Below are positions 9,003 to 17,882 of a stretch of 64,000 bases of DNA, in pieces. The notes beneath the pieces are model-generated. The model did no database searches and had not been told where the DNA came from. It was given only the letters and a program-made list of their open reading frames with translations. Each line of letters begins with the position of its first letter. The first letter of the stretch is position 1. The translations under genes were made by a program, and so were the position numbers. Source of the stretch: Bacteroidota bacterium (GTDB lineage Bacteria; Bacteroidota; Bacteroidia; Flavobacteriales_F; PHOS-HE28); contig JAFDZF010000081.1 in the NCBI GenBank assembly GCA_018267055.1, forward strand, positions 3,345 through 67,344, written 5' to 3'.

Positions 9003-9018
9003 CCATGGGGCGGTCGGC

Positions 9019-9882
9019 CTATTCCTTCTTCTTCAGCTTCCGCGGCGCACGCACCCCGTCCTGCTCCTTCCGCTTCCGGGCCTTGGCGGGGTCCTCGTGG
9101 AAGAAGTAGCGCAGGTCCACGGTGAGGTAGCTCCCATCGAGCAACTGGGTCATCCGGTAAGGCCGGAAGTTCCGGTCGAACCACGTGATGTCGGCCTGCG
9201 CCATGTCGTTGAACGGCCGGTGGTAGGTGGCGCCCAGGTAGAAGTAGCCCGAACGGTCCGTGCGGTATTCCACGCCGATGTTGCCCACCACGCCCAGCTG
9301 CGCCCAGTTGCGGCGGAAGAGGTAGGCCTGCCCATAGTCCACCACCTTCTGCGCATCGCTGGGGTACATGTCCAGGCTGAAGCCCAGCGCGTTGTTCATC
9401 CAGCTCTTCTCGCCCAGCCGGACGTACACCATCAGCAGCAGGGGCACCTCGTAACCCACATAGCGCAGCTTGGCGGCATCGGTGTAGCCGTTGGTGTCGT
9501 TGGCCAGGGCGAAGTCGTACCGCCGGACGATCTGGTTGATGCCCGTCTCCAGCGACAGGCTCTTGGTGAGGCCGGTGCGCACCACCATGCCGAAGGCCAG
9601 TCCCCCGGTGAGGTCCAGGCTGGCGTGGACATCGGGCCGCTCGAAGTCGGTATGCGGCTCGAAGAAGGGGAAGGGGATCACCGGCTTCAACTGGATGCCG
9701 AAGGTGGTGACGCCCGCCTGCGGGCGCGCCGCGAGCGGAAGGAGCAACGACAGGAGGACGATCAGCGCACCTGCGCCATGCGCCCGCTGGCCGGACCGGC
9801 GGGATCGTCGGGCAGGTCGGCCACCATCAGGTGCTGGCCGACACGGAGGCGGCTGCGGGGAGTGAGTCCGTTGAGCTGGCAA
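9019..9882 (-). CDS. Hypothetical secreted/outer-membrane beta-rich protein; start uncertain
   Basis: Hydrophobic signal-like segment 'ALIVLLSLLLPLAARPQA', then alternating aromatic/polar beta-strand-like sequence and a lysine-rich tail. The only canonical in-frame start is ATG 9882, which overlaps the M23 gene 3' end. Confidence 0.55.
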   Translation of the reverse strand: MPAQRTHSPQPPPCRPAPDGGRPARRSRRSGQRAHGAGALIVLLSLLLPLAARPQAGVTTFGIQLKPVIPFPFFEPHTDFERPDVHASLDLTGGLAFGMVVRTGLTKSLSLETGINQIVRRYDFALANDTNGYTDAAKLRYVGYEVPLLLMVYVRLGEKSWMNNALGFSLDMYPSDAQKVVDYGQAYLFRRNWAQLGVVGNIGVEYRTDRSGYFYLGATYHRPFNDMAQADITWFDRNFRPYRMTQLLDGSYLTVDLRYFFHEDPAKARKRKEQDGVRAPRKLKKKE

Positions 9883-10937
9883 ATGGACTTCAGGCTGGTG
9901 CCGTAAAGCTCGGCGATGGCGCTAAGATGCTCACCTTCCTTGACAGTGTGGAAACGGGTGCCCTTCGGATAGGCGGCATAGCTCCAACGTGTTTTCTTGA
10001 GCACGAGTGTATCGCAAAGCAGGCGACCGGCGGTGAGGTCGATGATGTGCGAGGGATCGATGGGCACGCCCTTGAAGCGCGTTTCGAAGTGCAGGTGGCT
10101 GCCGGTGCTGTGGCCGCTGCTGCCGCCATAGCCCACCATCATGCCCGCGTCCACCACATCGCCGCTCTGCACCTTGATGCGGTGCAGGTGCGCGTAGTAG
10201 GTCTCCAGCCCGTTGTAGTGGCGCACCACCACCAGGCGGCCGAAGCCGCCGGCCACGCCCGCGAAGCGCACCACGCCGGGGAAGGCGCTGCGCACCGGGT
10301 CCATCACCTCCAGGTCGAGGTCCACCCCGTTGTGCGCACGGCCATCGCGCCAGCCGAAGCGGCTGGTGACGATGGGCGGCACCGGCATGGCGAAGTCCGC
10401 GTTCAGCGCGTCGTCCACCAGCTTGATCTGCAGCAGGGTGTCCCTGGCGGACAGTTCCGGGCCGTACGGGTTGGGGCGGGTGGTGATCCATTCCCCATAG
10501 AGCTCCGCGCCGGGACGGGCCACCTCGGGCGACCAAGCGAGCACCGCGCTGCGGTCCACGTCGGCCTGCAGGGGCAGCTGGCTCGTGTAGAGGTTGATCT
10601 CGTTCACCAGGGCGTAGGGCACCTCCTCCAGCTCGAAGAGCGAATCGATCAGCGCCGTCATGCCCTCATCATCCATGTGGCGGAAGCGCTTGTAGAACTG
10701 CAGGTCGCGGATCAGGTCGTCCGGGGCCGGATCCAGTCCGCACAGCGAATCGAGCAGTTCCTGGAGGCGGTCGTCCGTCAGGGGATCGCCACCGTCCACG
10801 AGCTTGTCATCGCCGTAGACCACCACGGCGGAGACCTCCTCGGCGGCCTGGGGGCCGCCCGATTGGGCCAGGCAGGGCCGCGCCGCACCAAGGCAGAGCG
10901 CCGGGCCCAGGATCATCAGGGTGTTCAGCAGTTCCAT
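9762..10937 (-). CDS. M23 metallopeptidase with C-terminal LysM domain
   Basis: 'HNGVDLDL' and 'GHSTGSHLHFE' (HxxxD/HxH M23 zinc site). LysM-like 'HTVKEGEHLSAIAELYGTSLKSICQLNGL'. Start 10937 (MELLNTLMILGPALCLG); ATG 10970 is the alternative. Confidence 0.88.
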   Translation of the reverse strand: MELLNTLMILGPALCLGAARPCLAQSGGPQAAEEVSAVVVYGDDKLVDGGDPLTDDRLQELLDSLCGLDPAPDDLIRDLQFYKRFRHMDDEGMTALIDSLFELEEVPYALVNEINLYTSQLPLQADVDRSAVLAWSPEVARPGAELYGEWITTRPNPYGPELSARDTLLQIKLVDDALNADFAMPVPPIVTSRFGWRDGRAHNGVDLDLEVMDPVRSAFPGVVRFAGVAGGFGRLVVVRHYNGLETYYAHLHRIKVQSGDVVDAGMMVGYGGSSGHSTGSHLHFETRFKGVPIDPSHIIDLTAGRLLCDTLVLKKTRWSYAAYPKGTRFHTVKEGEHLSAIAELYGTSLKSICQLNGLTPRSRLRVGQHLMVADLPDDPAGPASGRMAQVR

Positions 10938-11050
10938 CGGTCCATCCGCACCCCCGAGCAAGGGGTGCATGGGACCCTTCTACGCGAGCGAAGCGGCCGA
11001 AGATACCGGCACGAACATTCCGCTGTTCACATCTTTCGAACACCCGAGGC

Positions 11051-12988
11051 TCAGGGCCTTAACCCGAACCAAGACCACGCGATGGGATCCCGCTTGTCGG
11101 CGGTGCCCAGCCGGCTCGCGGTATCCACCTCCTCCTGCTTCCCATTGGCGTCGTAGGTGTTCGCATAGCCCACCAGCACGGCGCCCCCCAGCTCGGGATG
11201 CACCCGCCGCAGGCTGAACACGGTAGAGTTGCCGGTGAAGGTGCTGCCGTCCACATGGACCGCAGCGGAATCGGTGGCCGCGATGGCCGTGCCCCCCTTG
11301 GTGAAGGTGCCGCCCAGCACCAGGGCCCGCGTGCGGTGGCCTGCTGCGAGCGCCACGGGACGCGCCTCGGTCCAGGTGCAGTTGCGCACCAGCACCGTGC
11401 AGGCGTTCATGCGCACGGCCGGGCCGCTCGCAGTGGGGCTCGTGAACGTGCAGCGCTCCACCGTGCCCTCCACCCGCGCCAGGTCCAGGGTGCCCTGGTG
11501 CGCACCGGAGAAGGTGCAGTCCTGCACCAGCACCCGGCCCGACGCCACCTCCACGGCGGCGGGACCGAAGGCCTCTTCGATCTCGCTGTTCACCAGCTGC
11601 AGGTCCACGCCGTGCAGGCTCAGCATGCCCGCGTGGTGCACGTTCCCGATGCGCGCCTCGCTCCCGCCGCTCATGCGCAGCCCGCGGATGCGGCAGCGTG
11701 TGCGGCCGTTGCCGTTCACCGCCAGGGTGCCATAGGGGGCCGCAGGATCGTCGGGGCGGAGGAAGACCGGGTTGAGCGCCGTGCCGCGGATGTGGAGCTC
11801 GCCGTTCACCTGCACCCGCACGCCCGGCGCCAGGTTCCAGCGCGTGCCCTTCTCCAGCACCAGGGCCATGCCTTCGGGCAGGATGAGGTCGTGATCGATC
11901 GCGTACTTGCCGCGGTAGAAGCGCAGCGTATCGGGCTCCGTGAGGAAGGGCTTCAGCCAGGGGTCCAGCACGATCGTGCGGGTGCTCGCGGCCGGCACGG
12001 TCGCGCCCAGCATCCGCGACGGGTCCGGATGGAACAAGCGGTGCAGCAGCTCCTCGCGGCCCCGGTCCACTTCCGCCTGCACCAGGCCGATGTTGCGTCC
12101 CTGGGCCAGCACCGGCACCCAGACGGAATCGATCGCCAGCAGGCGCGCGCTCCAGGCCGCGCTGTCCGCGCGCAGGCGCTGGGCCAGCCCGCCGAGCCGC
12201 TCCACGATGGCCGTGGAGGCCAGCACGGACCGGAACGCCCCGCGATGGGTGGTGTCGGCAACGGCGGCACGCATCGCATAGAGCGGGATGATGGTGCCGC
12301 CGATCGTGTCCTGTGCGAGCGCCGGCGCGTCCACCAGGTCGGCGCGCTCCTCACCGCAGGCCATCAACGCCCAGGCCGCGAGCCGGTGCGGATCGCCGGG
12401 ACCCAACGTGCTGTCGGCCCCTTGCAGGGTATGGCCGAACGGCGCTTCGCGCCGCACGAACTCCTCGGTGATGCGCTCCTGCACCAGGAAGGGACCGAGG
12501 TCCTTGCCGCAGCGCGTCACGCGCGTGAGCAGCACTTCCGGCCCGAGCAGCCCCAGCGAATCGGCGATCACCTGCGCGTACTTCGCACGCAACGAGCCCA
12601 GTGACGCCGGCACCAGCACCACGCTCCGGCGGCCGCCGAAGAGCCGTTCCGGGGGGAAGGTCAACACCCAGCCGCCGCCTACAGCGGGAGCGGCCTGCAC
12701 CTCGCCGCTGTAGCCGAGCCCTTCGAACCGCAGGGCGCCGCCCTCGCATCCGCCGCCGATGCCCTCCAGGGTGATGGCCTCCGCCTGGCCTTCGGCATGC
12801 TGGCCCGGCCGCCGGTCGAAGAAGCGCTGGTACTGCATCACCTCGCCCGCCTTGATGCCCAGCGGCCAGGAGGCCACCATGCGCTCGTACGGCATCAGCG
12901 AGAACAGCACGAAGAGCACCACCGCCGGCACCGCCAGCCCGAACAGCCAGGCGTTCGCCCGCAACGGTGCCCGTTTCCCCCTCCTCAT
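11051..12988 (-). CDS. Membrane-anchored hypothetical protein with C-terminal right-handed beta-helix repeats
   Basis: N-terminal TM 'AWLFGLAVPAVVLFVLFSLM'. The last ~230 aa have the periodic pattern of parallel beta-helix (pectin-lyase-fold) repeats ('VLVQDCTFSG...VERCTFTS...VLVRNCTWTE...VHVDGSTFTGN'). Confidence 0.7.
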   Translation of the reverse strand: MRRGKRAPLRANAWLFGLAVPAVVLFVLFSLMPYERMVASWPLGIKAGEVMQYQRFFDRRPGQHAEGQAEAITLEGIGGGCEGGALRFEGLGYSGEVQAAPAVGGGWVLTFPPERLFGGRRSVVLVPASLGSLRAKYAQVIADSLGLLGPEVLLTRVTRCGKDLGPFLVQERITEEFVRREAPFGHTLQGADSTLGPGDPHRLAAWALMACGEERADLVDAPALAQDTIGGTIIPLYAMRAAVADTTHRGAFRSVLASTAIVERLGGLAQRLRADSAAWSARLLAIDSVWVPVLAQGRNIGLVQAEVDRGREELLHRLFHPDPSRMLGATVPAASTRTIVLDPWLKPFLTEPDTLRFYRGKYAIDHDLILPEGMALVLEKGTRWNLAPGVRVQVNGELHIRGTALNPVFLRPDDPAAPYGTLAVNGNGRTRCRIRGLRMSGGSEARIGNVHHAGMLSLHGVDLQLVNSEIEEAFGPAAVEVASGRVLVQDCTFSGAHQGTLDLARVEGTVERCTFTSPTASGPAVRMNACTVLVRNCTWTEARPVALAAGHRTRALVLGGTFTKGGTAIAATDSAAVHVDGSTFTGNSTVFSLRRVHPELGGAVLVGYANTYDANGKQEEVDTASRLGTADKRDPIAWSWFGLRP

Positions 12989-13007
12989 GCGTCGATCGGA
13001 TCGGTGT

Positions 13008-13415
13008 TCATCGTTTCCCGGCCGGACTGAGCGCGAGCACCAGCACCGTCAAGACGGTGAGCGCGATGGCGCTCAGGACCAGCCCATAGCCCAGGAGGGT
13101 GGCCAGCAGCATCACCGGCACGCCCAGGCCGCTCGAATAACTGCTGCGGCCGAAGAAGCCCGCCACCACCACCGCCGCCGCGATGATCAAGGGCTGCCAC
13201 CAGAACTGGTGCACGTGCTGCACCACCAGCGCCAGGCCATAGCCGATGATCAGCAGCGGCCAGCGCACCAGTGGGCCGCGGTCCGTGGGCCGGAAGCCCC
13301 GGTTGTAGGCCCAGCCGATCAGCACCACGGCCACGAGCAGCTCCAGGAAGAGCAGCACCAACGCTCCTCCGCCGGAGGAGAACCCATCCATCCATTCCGT
13401 GATGCGTGACCGCAT
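13008..13415 (-). CDS. Small polytopic membrane protein, unknown function
   Basis: Four hydrophobic helices. It ends 19 nt upstream of the beta-helix gene start on the same strand. Start 13415 chosen (MRSRITEW); the track start is 13478. Confidence 0.55.
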   Translation of the reverse strand: MRSRITEWMDGFSSGGGALVLLFLELLVAVVLIGWAYNRGFRPTDRGPLVRWPLLIIGYGLALVVQHVHQFWWQPLIIAAAVVVAGFFGRSSYSSGLGVPVMLLATLLGYGLVLSAIALTVLTVLVLALSPAGKR

Positions 13416-13503
13416 GGCGAGCAAGGTTTGTGATGCCCGGGGATCGAACACCGCACGCCGCCGGAAGTTCGCCAACACCCCGCCGTGGGTAAGCCGGCCG
13501 GCC

Positions 13504-14001
13504 TCAGAGGTACCGCGCCATCCACGAGGCGCGCAGCGGGACGCGGAAGCGGGCGTCCAGATCGGCCTTGGTGCTCACCAGGTCGTCGAGGACGATGGTA
13601 TCGCCGGTGAGCTCGCCGCGCTCCACCAGGCCTTCCACCTCGGCCACGCGGCAGGTGCGGAGTGCCCCTTCGCGCTCATAGACCACCACCATGCGATCGG
13701 TGAGGGGCAGCCCGAGCTCGCGCTCAAGGGCCTGGATGAACTGCACGCTCTTGTCGATGCTGCAGCCGCTCGCCTGCGCCTGCCGCTCGTCCACACCGAT
13801 CACCACGAAGTGGTCGTACAGCACCTCCACCGACGCGTCCAGCGGAGCGCCATGCGCGGCCCACGAACCGGCGAAGGCCCGGCCGCGCTCCAGCACCAGG
13901 GCACGCTGCTCCGGGGTGAAGGGCATCGCGCTCTTGTACACCCACACGCGGGCATGAGCGGGCAACACATCGGACGGAGCGGGAACGGCACGGGGCATCA
14001 T
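13504..14001 (-). CDS. Conserved hypothetical protein
   Basis: 165-aa ORF with globular, non-mirror amino-acid composition ('VWVYKSAMPFTPEQRALV...ASGCSIDKSVQFIQALE'). I recognise no catalytic motif. Confidence 0.6.
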   Translation of the reverse strand: MMPRAVPAPSDVLPAHARVWVYKSAMPFTPEQRALVLERGRAFAGSWAAHGAPLDASVEVLYDHFVVIGVDERQAQASGCSIDKSVQFIQALERELGLPLTDRMVVVYEREGALRTCRVAEVEGLVERGELTGDTIVLDDLVSTKADLDARFRVPLRASWMARYL

Positions 14002-14059
14002 GGTGCAAAGGTGGGAACGAACGCATCGGTGATGAACGGTTCAGCCCTTTTCCTGCGAG

Positions 14060-17000
14060 GTGGCGTTCCTTCGCCGTTCCTATCCCCCTGCCACCGTGAG
14101 GACCCTTCCCCTGCTTTGTGCCGCCCTGCTGGCCGCCCCCCTTTCCGCGCAGCTCGCCGTTCCTTCGGCCACCCCCCTGTGGCTGCGCAACCCCGCGATC
14201 TCGCCGGACGGCAGCGCCATCGTGTTCTGTTACCAGGGCGACCTCTGGCGCGTGCCCACCGCGGGCGGCCAGGCCCAGGCGCTCACCACCAGCGAGGCCA
14301 TGGACGGGTCCCCCGTGTGGTCGCACGACGGCCGGATGCTCGCTTTCTCCAGCGACCGCTACGGCAATGCCGACGTGTTCATCATGCCCAGCACCGGCGG
14401 CACGGCCACCCGCCTCACCTACCATTCCGGCTGGGAGACCCCGAGCGATTTCGCGCCGGGTGATTCCGCGGTGATCTTCTACGGCGGGCGGCTGGACGCG
14501 CCCACCAACCAGCTCTTCCCCGTGGGCGGCCTGGGCGAACTGTACACGGTGCCCATCCGGGGCGGCAAGGTGCACCAGCTCCTCACCATCCCCGCGATCA
14601 ATGCCCGCTACAACGCCGACGGCAGCCTGCTGGTCTACCACGACCGCAAGGGCTACGAGGACGGCTTCCGCAAGCACCACACCTCCTCGGTGACGCGGGA
14701 CATCTGGACCTACTCTCCCGCCACGCAGCGGTACACCCAGCTGAGCACCTTCGCCGGGGAGGACCGCAACCCGGTGTTCTCGGCCGACGGCCGCACGGTG
14801 TACTACCTGAGCGAGGAGAAGGGCTCGTTCAACATCTTCAAGATGCCCGTGGACGGCGGGCCCTCCACGCAGGTGTCCTTCCTGAAGGACCATCCGGTGC
14901 GCACCCTGAGCATGAGCAACGACGGCACGTTCTGCTTCAGCTACCGCGGCGAGCTCTACACGATGAAGGAAGGGGGCGAGCCGCGCAAGGTGGAGGTGGC
15001 CATCGCGGCCGACGGCCGCTACACGCCGGAGCGGACGATCAGCGTGCGCGGCGGCACGAGCGAGCTGGAGCTGTCGCCCAATGGCAAGGAGGTGGTCTTC
15101 GTCTGCCGCGGCGAGGTCTTCGTCACCTCGGTGAAGGAGGGCACCACGCGCCGCATCACCGACACACCGGAGCAGGAGCGCTCGGTCAGCTTCAGCCCCG
15201 ACGGGCGCAGCATCCTCTACGCCAGCGAGCGCAACGGCTCCTGGGACCTATACACCACCTCGCTCGTGCGGAAGGAGGAGGATTACTTCTTCAACGCCAC
15301 GGTGCTGAAGGAGGAGCCGCTGCTGGCCACGCCCGCCGAGGAGTTCCAGCCCGCCTGGTCGCCCGATGGCAAGGAGGTGGCCTTCCTGGAGGAGCGCACC
15401 ACCATCCGGGTGTACAACATCGCCTCGAAGAAGACGCGCACGGTGGTGGCGGGCGACAAGAACTACAGCTACAGCGACGGGGACCAGTTCTTCAGCTGGT
15501 CGCCCGACAGCAAGTGGCTGCTGGTGCAGTTCCTGCATGACGACCAGTGGATCACCCAGGTCGGCCTGGTGAGCGCCGAAGGCGGCAAGCCCATCACCGA
15601 CCTGACCCACAGCGGCTACGGGGGCTACCACCCCGAATGGTGCCTCGACGGCAAGGCCATGCTCTTCCTGAGCGATCGCGACGGCATGAAGAACCATGCC
15701 AGCTGGGGCGCCCAGAACGACGTCTACGCCCTGTTCTTCACGCAGGAGGCCTTCGACCGCTACAAGCTGAACAAGGAGGAGGCCGAGCTGAAGAAGGAGA
15801 GCGACGACAAGAAGAAGAACGACGGGCAGAAGGAGGAGGAGAAAGAGAAGGACAAAAAGGACAAGGACAAGAAGAAGAAGGAGGACGAGGCGAAGGACAA
15901 GAAGGTGGAGCCGCTCACCTTCGAACTGGCCAACATCGACGACCGCAAGGTGCGGCTCACCATCCACTCCGCCGACCTCGCGGGCGCGGTGCTCTCCCAG
16001 GATGGGGAGAAGCTCTTCTACCTGGCCAGCTTCGAGAAGGGCTACGACCTGTGGCAGACCGAACTGCGCACCCGGGAGACCAAGGTGCTGGCGAAGCTGG
16101 GCGCCGACAACGCCGGTGCGCTCATGCTGGACAAGGAAGGCAAGAACCTGTTCCTGATCCAGAACGGCAACCTCACCCGCGTGGAGGTGGAGGGCGGCGC
16201 CGTGAAGGGCGTGGGCATCGGCGGCGAGATGGTGCTGAACGAGAACGCCGAGCGCGCGGCCCTCTTCGAGCACGTATGGCGCCAGGTGGTGAAGAAGTTC
16301 TACCGCGTGGACCTGCAGGGCGTGGACTGGCCGCTGTACAAGGCCGAATACCAGCGCTTCCTGCCGTGGATCAACAACAACGCGGACTTCGCGGAGATGC
16401 TGAGCGAGATGCTCGGCGAGCTGAACGCCTCGCACACCGGCGCGGGCTACTGGCGCAGCAGCGTGGAGAACGGCGATGAGACCGCCAGCCTGGGCCTGTT
16501 CTATGCCGATGAGCCGCGGACGGCCGGCTGGCGCATCGCCGAGGTGATGGAGAAGAGCCCGGTGGTGAAGAACGGCTCGAAGATCAAGGCCGGTCAGGTG
16601 ATCGAGAAAATCGACGGGCAGGACGTGGTGGCCGCACAGGACCCCGCACGCCTCCTGAACCGCAAGGCCGGCAAGCCCACCCTGCTGTCGCTCTACGACC
16701 CCGCCACCAGCAAGCGCTGGGAGGAAGTGGTGAAGCCCATCTCGCGCGACGAGGAGGGCGAGCTGCTCTACCACCGCTGGGTGGAGCGCTGCCGCCACAT
16801 CGTGGACAGCCTCAGCGGCGGCCGCATCGGCTACGTGCACGTGCGCGGCATGGACGACGGCAGCTACCGCACGGTGTTCGAGGAAGCGCTCGGCAAATAC
16901 GGGAACAAGGAGGCGCTGGTGGTGGACACCCGCTTCAACGGCGGCGGCTGGCTGCACGACGACCTGGCCACCTTCCTCAGCGGACGACCGTACATGCGCA

Positions 17001-17374
17001 TGGAGCCGCGCGGACAGAAGCTCGGCCAGGAGCCGCAGTTCAAGTGGCACAAGCCCTCGGTGGTGGTGATGAGCGAGAGCAACTACTCCGATGCGCACAT
17101 GTTCCCGGTGACCTACAAGGCCCTGAACATCGGCAAGCTGGTGGGCATGCCCGTGGCCGGCACCGGCACGGCCGTGTGGTGGGAATCGCTGCAGAACGGC
17201 GTGGTGTTCGGCATCCCGCAGGTGGGCATGATCGACAACAACGGCCACTACCTGGAGAACCAGCAGCTGGAACCGGACGTGAAGCAGGCCCTGGAACCCG
17301 GCCTGGTGAGCAAGGGCCGCGACCAGCAGCTGGAGGCCGCGGTGAAGAGCCTGCTCGACGGGATGAAGAAATAG
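14060..17374 (+). CDS. Tricorn-protease-like S41 peptidase (TolB/WD40-like beta-propellers + PDZ + S41 core)
   Basis: 1104 aa with a signal peptide. Repeated 'SPDG...F..' propeller blades, a PDZ-like region, and C-terminal 'VVVMSESNYSDAHMFP...GMPVAGTGTAVWWE' (S41/tricorn catalytic core). GTG start at 14060. Confidence 0.9.
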   Translation: MAFLRRSYPPATVRTLPLLCAALLAAPLSAQLAVPSATPLWLRNPAISPDGSAIVFCYQGDLWRVPTAGGQAQALTTSEAMDGSPVWSHDGRMLAFSSDRYGNADVFIMPSTGGTATRLTYHSGWETPSDFAPGDSAVIFYGGRLDAPTNQLFPVGGLGELYTVPIRGGKVHQLLTIPAINARYNADGSLLVYHDRKGYEDGFRKHHTSSVTRDIWTYSPATQRYTQLSTFAGEDRNPVFSADGRTVYYLSEEKGSFNIFKMPVDGGPSTQVSFLKDHPVRTLSMSNDGTFCFSYRGELYTMKEGGEPRKVEVAIAADGRYTPERTISVRGGTSELELSPNGKEVVFVCRGEVFVTSVKEGTTRRITDTPEQERSVSFSPDGRSILYASERNGSWDLYTTSLVRKEEDYFFNATVLKEEPLLATPAEEFQPAWSPDGKEVAFLEERTTIRVYNIASKKTRTVVAGDKNYSYSDGDQFFSWSPDSKWLLVQFLHDDQWITQVGLVSAEGGKPITDLTHSGYGGYHPEWCLDGKAMLFLSDRDGMKNHASWGAQNDVYALFFTQEAFDRYKLNKEEAELKKESDDKKKNDGQKEEEKEKDKKDKDKKKKEDEAKDKKVEPLTFELANIDDRKVRLTIHSADLAGAVLSQDGEKLFYLASFEKGYDLWQTELRTRETKVLAKLGADNAGALMLDKEGKNLFLIQNGNLTRVEVEGGAVKGVGIGGEMVLNENAERAALFEHVWRQVVKKFYRVDLQGVDWPLYKAEYQRFLPWINNNADFAEMLSEMLGELNASHTGAGYWRSSVENGDETASLGLFYADEPRTAGWRIAEVMEKSPVVKNGSKIKAGQVIEKIDGQDVVAAQDPARLLNRKAGKPTLLSLYDPATSKRWEEVVKPISRDEEGELLYHRWVERCRHIVDSLSGGRIGYVHVRGMDDGSYRTVFEEALGKYGNKEALVVDTRFNGGGWLHDDLATFLSGRPYMRMEPRGQKLGQEPQFKWHKPSVVVMSESNYSDAHMFPVTYKALNIGKLVGMPVAGTGTAVWWESLQNGVVFGIPQVGMIDNNGHYLENQQLEPDVKQALEPGLVSKGRDQQLEAAVKSLLDGMKK
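15764..15912 (+). repeat. Lys/Glu/Asp-rich low-complexity insert (purine-rich AAG/GAG/GAC tract) inside the tricorn-like gene
   Basis: Encodes 'KLNKEEAELKKESDDKKKNDGQKEEEKEKDKKDKDKKKKEDEAKDKKVEP'. Locally far lower in G+C than its surroundings. Confidence 0.85.
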
Positions 17375-17383
17375 GCGCCCGCT

Positions 17384-17851
17384 TCAGGCCTTCGGCCGGC
17401 GGGGCAGCCAGAGCGGCGTGCGGGCGCGGTAGGCCCGGTACGCGTCGCCGAAGCGCCGCACCAGGCCCGGCTCCTCCACCAGGAGGAAGTAGGCCGTGTT
17501 GATGCCGAAGAACAGCACGGCCCATCCGCCCAATAGGAGGGACCGGAACAGCAGCGCCTCGCCCAGGAGCACCAGCAGCACGCCGGCGATCATGGGATTG
17601 CGCACATAGCGGTACGGCCCCTCCACCACCAGCTTCACCGGCGGGTCCCACGGTGCGAGCGTGCCCCGGCCCTTCCGCATGAAGAGCGCGATGCACCGTG
17701 CGGCCAGCACCGCTCCGGCCAGCATCGATAGCAGCGCCACTATGCCCCATCCACCGAACGCGGCGTGGGCGCCGGTGCCGCGCAGCAGCAGCCACGGCAC
17801 TACCAGGGAGATGGTCACCGGCAACGCCAGGATGGCGACGAGGTAGCGCAT
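17384..17851 (-). CDS. Isoprenylcysteine carboxyl methyltransferase (ICMT/PEMT)-family membrane methyltransferase
   Basis: 'GPYRYVRNPMIAG' plus C-terminal 'EEPGLVRRFGDAYRAYRARTP' match the ICMT family signature. Internal ATG 17851. Confidence 0.8.
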   Translation of the reverse strand: MRYLVAILALPVTISLVVPWLLLRGTGAHAAFGGWGIVALLSMLAGAVLAARCIALFMRKGRGTLAPWDPPVKLVVEGPYRYVRNPMIAGVLLVLLGEALLFRSLLLGGWAVLFFGINTAYFLLVEEPGLVRRFGDAYRAYRARTPLWLPRRPKA

Positions 17852-17882
17852 GGAGGCTCCCGAATATCCGAAACCTGTGCGC

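Noticed and set aside
13429-13458. tRNA-3'-end-like string on the minus strand (GGTGTTCGATCCCCGGGCATCA), a possible tRNA gene or att-site remnant
   Set aside because: The flanking sequence does not form a T-stem, acceptor stem or anticodon arm. The ~88-nt gap cannot be folded into a cloverleaf by eye, and no integrase lies nearby. tRNAscan-SE or ARAGORN would settle it.
15764-15912. Repetitive AAG/GAG/GAC tract considered as a tandem DNA repeat or CRISPR-like array
   Set aside because: There is no fixed-length repeat-spacer periodicity. It is in frame within the tricorn-like gene and encodes a K/E/D low-complexity peptide.
15248-17248. Other long mirror ORFs. Minus strand: 15248..17248, 22571..25462, 25556..27787, 27759..29603, 29761..31350, 38062..39402, 57585..59606, 59576..61132, 61148..62734, 62686..63966, 50890..52347. 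Plus strand: 7092..8705, 9831..11156, 11198..12604, 19323..20669, 41843..43426, 44261..46534, 46462..48891, 48701..50350
   Set aside because: Each is antisense or out of frame to a gene with strong motif-level identity (tricorn-like protease, lptD-like, TonB receptor, pyrG, yidC, purB, dnaX, icd and others). They show the same Arg/His/Gly/Ala-rich mirror composition. I treat them as high-GC artefacts, not overlapping genes.
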